Shown: positions 58,357 to 64,000 of the stretch, in pieces
How the letters are laid out: every line of letters starts with the position of its first letter
Position numbering within the stretch: position 1 is the first letter of the stretch
DNA from: an uncultured Gammaproteobacteria bacterium
GTDB taxonomy: Bacteria; Patescibacteriota; Microgenomatia; Levybacterales; GWA1-39-11
NCBI GenBank assembly: GCA_964627245.1
Contig: CAZVGS010000004.1
Span: 22,806-86,805 of the forward strand
Length of the DNA: 64,000 nucleotides
Reading direction: 5' to 3'
The notes under the pieces: generated by a model
The model's input: the letters and a program-made list of their open reading frames with translations, nothing else
What the model was told of the DNA's origin: nothing
Databases searched by the model: none
Position numbers and translations under genes: made by a program

Positions 58357-58635
58357 ATGGAAAATGAAAAGAGACAAGAAACAAGAAGAGAATTTGTAGC
58401 TTCTGTAAAAGATCTATTATCACAAGGTGATGTTTTTGGATTAGATCCGATTATCTTAAGAGTGGGTTCGAGGGATTTGTCAGTTTCGGTCACTGATAAA
58501 GAAAAAAAAATAGTCAGAACAGCTTTTTATGAGAAAAGTGATGAAGGATACGTTTTTCTTGAAGCAGACCACGTGTATCATCCATTTGAAAACGGGATAT
58601 TGAAGCACGATGCGCTTCATACTTTTCATAAATAA
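58357..58635 (+). CDS. Hypothetical protein
   Basis: ATG 2 nt after the nth stop; compact operon-like spacing. Confidence 0.55.
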   Translation: MENEKRQETRREFVASVKDLLSQGDVFGLDPIILRVGSRDLSVSVTDKEKKIVRTAFYEKSDEGYVFLEADHVYHPFENGILKHDALHTFHK

Positions 58636-58641
58636 ACAATC

Positions 58642-59127
58642 ATGATTTATTGGTTTTTTGGATATCCTGGGGTGGGAAAAGACTATTGTGCGATGAAGCT
58701 TGCGCAAATTTGCAATATTTCCCACATTGATGCGGATGAATATTTGACTGATAGAGAAAAAAAGAAACTAGTTGAGGGTAAATTTACAACAAAAGATAGA
58801 TTGATAAAACTTAAGCGGATAGTTATAGATCTTCAAAGCATCAACAGTTTCAATTCGTTTACAATCGGAGATTCTTTACCAGACAATGCTTCCAGAGAAT
58901 TTGTTCTTAATTCTCTTGGGGAAAACGTAAAACTTATTCATGTTACTTCTCCAAGTTATCTTCATAAAAAGAGAATGAAAAGAAGAAAAAAACATTTTTT
59001 TACTTTGGATTTGTTGGATTCTTATATAAGTAATAATTGGGAAGATATAGAGGTTAGACATTTAGAATTTAATAATATTCCGTCAAAAGACTGGGAGGAG
59101 AGATTGTTTGCTCTAGTCAGTATATAG
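58642..59127 (+). CDS. P-loop small-molecule kinase (gluconokinase/AAA_33-like)
   Basis: GYPGVGKD, IDAD and RRKKHFF motifs. Confidence 0.72.
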   Translation: MIYWFFGYPGVGKDYCAMKLAQICNISHIDADEYLTDREKKKLVEGKFTTKDRLIKLKRIVIDLQSINSFNSFTIGDSLPDNASREFVLNSLGENVKLIHVTSPSYLHKKRMKRRKKHFFTLDLLDSYISNNWEDIEVRHLEFNNIPSKDWEERLFALVSI

Positions 59128-59468
59128 CCTCAAAGTTTTTGCTTCAACCTGGCACAGCGGCCAAAAACAAAAGGTTCTGTGTCAAGTTCAGGATGATTTA
59201 AATTTTAGATGGGAGAAGAAAGAAAAAAATAATTGCAGCCTTAAAAAACTATTTTCCAAGCGAAAACACCACAAAATTATCCAAATCTTTGGGAGTTTTA
59301 TGGTTGCATGCATTCTCTGCTCAATAGACTTATGTTGGAGTAAATAAAATTATCAATTAGTGTTTAGGTATAAGAATTTGAAAGGCTAACGAAATGTTAA
59401 ATTTGAGGGCTTTGAAAAGGAGTTAGTATTAATAATCCCTATAAAGGAGAAGTTAAGGTTATAAAAAG

Positions 59469-59903
59469 CTAACTACTCTGCCTAGTCTTCTGTTCTTTAC
59501 CATTCTCTATTGCTCCGACAACTCCGCATGCACCAATCAATACAGTGGGTAATCCGAATAATAGGGCTATATTAGCGTTGTCTTGATAATTCTCATAACT
59601 CGCATCTAGGCTTGGAAGAAGTACAACCTGATTTTCTGATAACCGGATTGATCTTGAGTTAACGAGTTTATGCTTAACTTGGAATATTAAATTTATGTAT
59701 GTTTCTCTTTGTTCATCTGTTAATTCAACCAATTCTCCTTTATTTTCACTGTTAAATCTTGAAAATTCTGATTTTATCTTTCCATAGCTTTGGTGAGTTT
59801 CATAGCTTTGGTAGACAGTGCCTCCCAGACAAGCCATTCCTAATAGGTAGACGGTGCTCATTGCAACATCTCTTTTTGTGGTTTTGTATCTCTCCAAATT
59901 CAT
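59469..59903 (-). CDS. Hypothetical two-TM membrane protein
   Basis: Two hydrophobic segments; TGATAAAAT 6 nt before ATG. Confidence 0.6.
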   Translation of the reverse strand: MNLERYKTTKRDVAMSTVYLLGMACLGGTVYQSYETHQSYGKIKSEFSRFNSENKGELVELTDEQRETYINLIFQVKHKLVNSRSIRLSENQVVLLPSLDASYENYQDNANIALLFGLPTVLIGACGVVGAIENGKEQKTRQSS

Positions 59904-60006
59904 ACCAGCATTTTATCATATATACAAATTTGGGTGATTTAGTTTATAAATTGTCTAGGTCGCGATACATCCCATAACGCTTTATAGATTTTGAAGGGAC
60001 GATACA

Positions 60007-60273
60007 ATGACAAATATAAAAGATCTTTTTAAATCAGCAAACATTGTACTTAAAGTGTCTCCTGATGATGTTATAGGATCAGCGCTTGAAAATGCAAAAA
60101 AGCAGTCACGACCTTGTTTTTGTATATGACGGAAAAGTTTTTTTGGGATTTATTTCTGAGTCGATACAAAAGTTAATGGAAGAAATATTATTCCAATTTT
60201 AAGGGAGGCTTCTGAGAAAATCGGCAATCAAATAAAATTAAATCACAAAAAAGTACCGCTAGATTTAGAATAA
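60007..60273 (+). pseudogene. CBS-domain protein remnant
   Basis: VLKVSPDDVIGSALE, then after an A6-run frameshift SSHDLVFVYDGKVFLGFIS, then a further frame change to ..IIPILREASEKI..*. Confidence 0.55.
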
Positions 60274-60329
60274 GAAAAAACCTCATTGGTCTCGAGTTTG
60301 TTGCCTCAATCTGATACAATAGGCGCTAC

Positions 60330-62219
60330 ATGAAAGCTTCAGAAATACTTAATAAATATATTGCTTTCTTTGAAAAAAGAGGACACACAAGGATTGAGAA
60401 TTCTTCACTCGTCCCCTTAAATGATCCGACAACTTTATTTACCTCTTCTGGTATGCAGCCGTTAGTACCTTTTCTTTTGGGTGAAACCCATCCTCAAGGA
60501 GTAAGACTTGTTAATGCCCAAAATTGTTTTCGCGCGCAAGACATTGATGAAATAGGAGACAACAGACATACGACTTTTTTCAGGATGCTAGGCAACTGGT
60601 CGTTGGGTGATTATTTTAAAAAAGAACAAATTCCATGGTTTTTCGAATTTTTGACTAATAAAGTAGAAGGGATTGGTCTTGACCCCAACAGGCTATACGT
60701 GACAGTATTTGCAGGTTCTAAATCCATTGAAAAAGACACAGAAAGCTATGAAATTTGGAAAGGTTTGTTTGAGAAAAAGGGAGTAAATATGGATGGAAGA
60801 ATTTCAGAATATGGTGTTGAAAAAAATTGGTGGTCTAGGGCTGGTATTCCTGAAAATATGCCTGTTGGTGAACCTGGAGGACCTGACTCTGAGGTTTTTT
60901 ATGATTTTGGATCGGACGAGCGAAGCGAAGGAGATCGCCCGCGCGGCGAAGCCGAAGACCGGCGTGGCGGCTTGGGGATTCACGAACTCTCCCCATATGC
61001 ATCTGAAAAGTGTCACGTAAATTGTGATTGCGGAAGATACCTAGAAATAGGCAATTCAGTATTCATGCAGTACATAAAAACAGAAAATGGGTTTGAAAAT
61101 TTACCAAAACAAAATGTTGATTTTGGAGGAGGTCTCGAGCGTCTTGTTGCCGCATCCGAGAACAAACAGGACGTTTTTGAAACATCTTTGTTTGCACCTA
61201 TTATTCAAACAATCATAAATACTACTGCAAAGGATTATCAAAAAAATTCTTCCGAAATGAGGATAATTTTGGATCACATGACAGCTTCATGTTTTATGAT
61301 TTCAAATAGCATTAAGCCTTCCAATAAAGAACAGGGTTATGTCTTAAGACGTCTAATCCGACGGGGACTGGATAATTTTTATCTTCTGAACGGCGATACG
61401 ATAGTGTCTGTGGTTGAGAAGATTGTTGAGCAGTACTCGGACACAGATATTGTTTTAAGAGAAAAGTTTGAAGAAATTAAAAATACAATTCTTGAGGAAG
61501 AAGCATCTTATCAAAAGGCTTTGTCCGGCGGGAAAAAACTGATAGAGAAAGAGGTCGCAAAGTTGAAGGATGAAGTAAAAGTGGGAGACGAACTGAAAGG
61601 ATTAACACTAATTTCTGCAGACACTGCTTTTAAGGCAATTACATCCTACGGACTTGGACCAACTCAGCTTGAAAGTTTGGGATACACTTTTGATAGAAAA
61701 GAATTAGCTGAAAAAATAAAAGAACATCAAGATCTTTCGAGAAAAGGAGCAAGTCAAAAATTTGCCGGAGGCCTTGCGGATCATTCAGAATTGACTGTCA
61801 AAGGTCATACCGCAACTCACCTAATGCACCAAGCAATAAGGGATATATTAGGAGACAAGGTTCATCAATCGGGGAGCAATATAACCTCAGAAAGGGTCAG
61901 GTTTGATTTTAACTGTGATGAAAAATTGTCTGAGGAGCAAATAAGACAAGTTGAGGAAACAGTAAGAAAAAAGATTGAGGAGGATTTGCCTGTTCATTTT
62001 GAGATAATGACCCTTTCAAAAGCGAAGTCTTTGGGAGCAATTGGATTATTTGACGAAAAATATACTGAGAATGTAAAGATATATTTTATAGGGGATTATT
62101 CAAAAGAGTTTTGTGGAGGCCCACATGTTGAGCACACCAACCAGATAAAATCTTTTGATATACTAAAGGAAGAAAGCGCATCACGTGGTGTGAGGCGTAT
62201 CTATGCTAAAGTAACATGA
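60330..62219 (+). CDS. alaS: Alanyl-tRNA synthetase (short form lacking the C-Ala domain)
   Basis: DPTTLFTSSGMQP, HTTFFRMLGNWS, VDFGGGLERL, HTATHL and EFCGGPHV motifs. Confidence 0.96.
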   Translation: MKASEILNKYIAFFEKRGHTRIENSSLVPLNDPTTLFTSSGMQPLVPFLLGETHPQGVRLVNAQNCFRAQDIDEIGDNRHTTFFRMLGNWSLGDYFKKEQIPWFFEFLTNKVEGIGLDPNRLYVTVFAGSKSIEKDTESYEIWKGLFEKKGVNMDGRISEYGVEKNWWSRAGIPENMPVGEPGGPDSEVFYDFGSDERSEGDRPRGEAEDRRGGLGIHELSPYASEKCHVNCDCGRYLEIGNSVFMQYIKTENGFENLPKQNVDFGGGLERLVAASENKQDVFETSLFAPIIQTIINTTAKDYQKNSSEMRIILDHMTASCFMISNSIKPSNKEQGYVLRRLIRRGLDNFYLLNGDTIVSVVEKIVEQYSDTDIVLREKFEEIKNTILEEEASYQKALSGGKKLIEKEVAKLKDEVKVGDELKGLTLISADTAFKAITSYGLGPTQLESLGYTFDRKELAEKIKEHQDLSRKGASQKFAGGLADHSELTVKGHTATHLMHQAIRDILGDKVHQSGSNITSERVRFDFNCDEKLSEEQIRQVEETVRKKIEEDLPVHFEIMTLSKAKSLGAIGLFDEKYTENVKIYFIGDYSKEFCGGPHVEHTNQIKSFDILKEESASRGVRRIYAKVT

Positions 62220-62291
62220 CAGTTTGTAGTTGATGGTTGGTAGATTTAACTCTTCTAGCTATTAACTGCAAACTACTAACTACAAACTAAT

Positions 62292-64000
62292 ATGCGACTG
62301 CCTGCCATACCATTTTTAACCAGATCTGTACAAACAGAATTTTTCTTAGCTTTAATATTTGAATCTGATAAGGTAAGCTCGATTCTTTTTAAGGAGCAGG
62401 AGAAAAAACTTCTTATTCTTGGCTCGGTCGAGGCACCCATTGACCTTGAAAGCGCATCTGCCGAAGAATTAATAGTTGCCTGTGACAAAGTAATATCAAA
62501 AATTGAAGATAATTTACCCGAGAATGCAAATTTGGAAAAAACAATATTTGCGACTCCATATTCTTGGGTCGAGGAGGGAAAAATAAAGCCGGATAGACTG
62601 GCAATACTTAAAAAATTAAGCGAAGAACTTGCTTTAACGCCGATGGGATTTATTATATCGGTTGAGGCAATAATTGCATTTCATCAAAAAAAAGAAGGAG
62701 CTCCTGTAAATGGAATTTTTGTAGAAATTTCAGAAAAATATTTAAGTGCATATATCGTTAGATCCGATAACATTATTGATGTTCAGACGGGTTCGATTGA
62801 CGGATCTGTTGAGTCAACTGTTGAAAGATTGCTTGCGCAAGTTACAAAACTTGACGTTTTGCCTTCAAAGATTGTTCTTCTTTACAATAAAGAAGCTGAA
62901 GAAATTTCACAAAGATTTTTATCGCACCACTGGACCAAAGATTTGCCTTTCATGCATTTGCCTCAAGTTTCAATTCTCGAGAAAGGATTTGAGAGTGAGG
63001 CAATTATTAGCGGGGTTGCTTCACAGTTGAATGCTGATGTTGGCGGTGATATTTCAACCGAAACCGAAGCAATGCAGTATGAAGAGTCAGGTCTTGTAGA
63101 AGTATCATCGGATGATTTTGGATTTGCGGCTGATGAGGACATCGCGTTTAAGAAGGAAGAGTCGGAGAGTAAAGTAGATGAAAACATTGCCATGGCTGAC
63201 GATTTTGAATTTAGTAAAGAAGAAGTACCGGTCAAGCCAATCTTAAGACACCACGATGATAACCCTTCGGCAAGTCCGGACGAATCGGAATTTGAGGAGG
63301 ATATTCCTGAAAAATTCGGTGGTTCTACAGGTTTTTTTGCAGGTAAAATTGGATCTTACTTTTCGGCTTTTTTAACTCCTAAATCAATTTTTGGAATTGT
63401 AAATAACTTTAAGAATTTCCGAAAATTCATAATTCCCTTCTGCGCGCTTATTGTTGTAGTTGTTCTCTTGATTTCATACTACTCATTTATAGTGCAGGCA
63501 AAGGTAATCGTTTTTACCGATCAAAAGGCATTTTCCGAAAATGCAATGAATATAACTCTTACATCCTCTGGTGAGTCCTCATTTGAGGATAAAGTGTTGA
63601 AAATACAAACAATTGAGCAGAGCGCTTCGGGAGAGCAATCTCAGGAAACAACAGGTGTCAAAGACACGGGCGAAAAGGCAACAGGCAGTCTAACTATTTT
63701 TAACAAGACCGAAAAACCAAAACAGCTTGATAGAGGAACGACGGTAGTATCATCCAACAATCTTGAATTTACATTGGATGATTCGGTAAATATAGCATCA
63801 ACAAGCTCTTTTTCAACTTCATTTTCAAGTGCTCAAGCAAAAGTTACCGCTTCACGATTCGGGAAGGAATACAACCTACCGTCCCAAACCAATTTTACTG
63901 TTGAAGGAGAATCCTCATCCGATATATTCGGAAAAAATGACCAAGCATTTTCGGGAGGATCGAAAGAACAGATACAGGTAGTTTCAAAGAAAGATCTTCA
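62292..64000 (+). CDS. Membrane protein, 3' truncated: FtsA/PilM-like N-terminal region, acidic linker, TM, baseplate-J-like extracellular region
   Basis: Absent from the ORF track because it has no stop: MRLPAIPF..FFLALIFESDKV..KTIFATPYSWVEEGKI..TGEKATGSLTIFNKT..GKEYNLP..AFSGGS. Confidence 0.7.
   Translation, partial: MRLPAIPFLTRSVQTEFFLALIFESDKVSSILFKEQEKKLLILGSVEAPIDLESASAEELIVACDKVISKIEDNLPENANLEKTIFATPYSWVEEGKIKPDRLAILKKLSEELALTPMGFIISVEAIIAFHQKKEGAPVNGIFVEISEKYLSAYIVRSDNIIDVQTGSIDGSVESTVERLLAQVTKLDVLPSKIVLLYNKEAEEISQRFLSHHWTKDLPFMHLPQVSILEKGFESEAIISGVASQLNADVGGDISTETEAMQYEESGLVEVSSDDFGFAADEDIAFKKEESESKVDENIAMADDFEFSKEEVPVKPILRHHDDNPSASPDESEFEEDIPEKFGGSTGFFAGKIGSYFSAFLTPKSIFGIVNNFKNFRKFIIPFCALIVVVVLLISYYSFIVQAKVIVFTDQKAFSENAMNITLTSSGESSFEDKVLKIQTIEQSASGEQSQETTGVKDTGEKATGSLTIFNKTEKPKQLDRGTTVVSSNNLEFTLDDSVNIASTSSFSTSFSSAQAKVTASRFGKEYNLPSQTNFTVEGESSSDIFGKNDQAFSGGSKEQIQVVSKKDL

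Overview
This 64 kb AT-rich bacterial window has gene content, truncated housekeeping proteins and promoter style consistent with a Patescibacteria/CPR genome, probably Microgenomates-like (inference). In order it holds: a Clp ATPase 3' end, a membrane-anchored M4 protease, dnaJ, a type IV pilus cluster with a 989-aa pilin-adhesin fusion, a membrane-tethered degenerate Clp ATPase, ldh, a polyprenyl synthase, tgt, tandem RND and MacAB-type exporters, nusA-infB-DHH-like-rpsO-pnp, a protease-less Lon, rnj, glgP, ftsK, pyrF-pyrE-yvcK-nth and alaS. The most striking region is 29.3-37.0 kb. Four secreted paralogues there are built from one ~85-90 aa Asn/Gly/Thr-rich repeat, often with Cys pairs at the junctions. 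One has an LPATG sorting signal and lies next to a sortase. The operon is preceded by a small YezD/DUF2292-like gene and a promoter-proximal terminator/antiterminator leader. Together this suggests an attenuator-controlled, sortase-anchored surface fibre. Also seen: recurrent leader hairpin + T-tract elements, many apparently leaderless genes, an in-frame GC-rich insert in alaS and two frameshifted genes. No rRNA, tRNA, CRISPR array or transposase was recognised. All calls come from reading the sequence; no searches were run.
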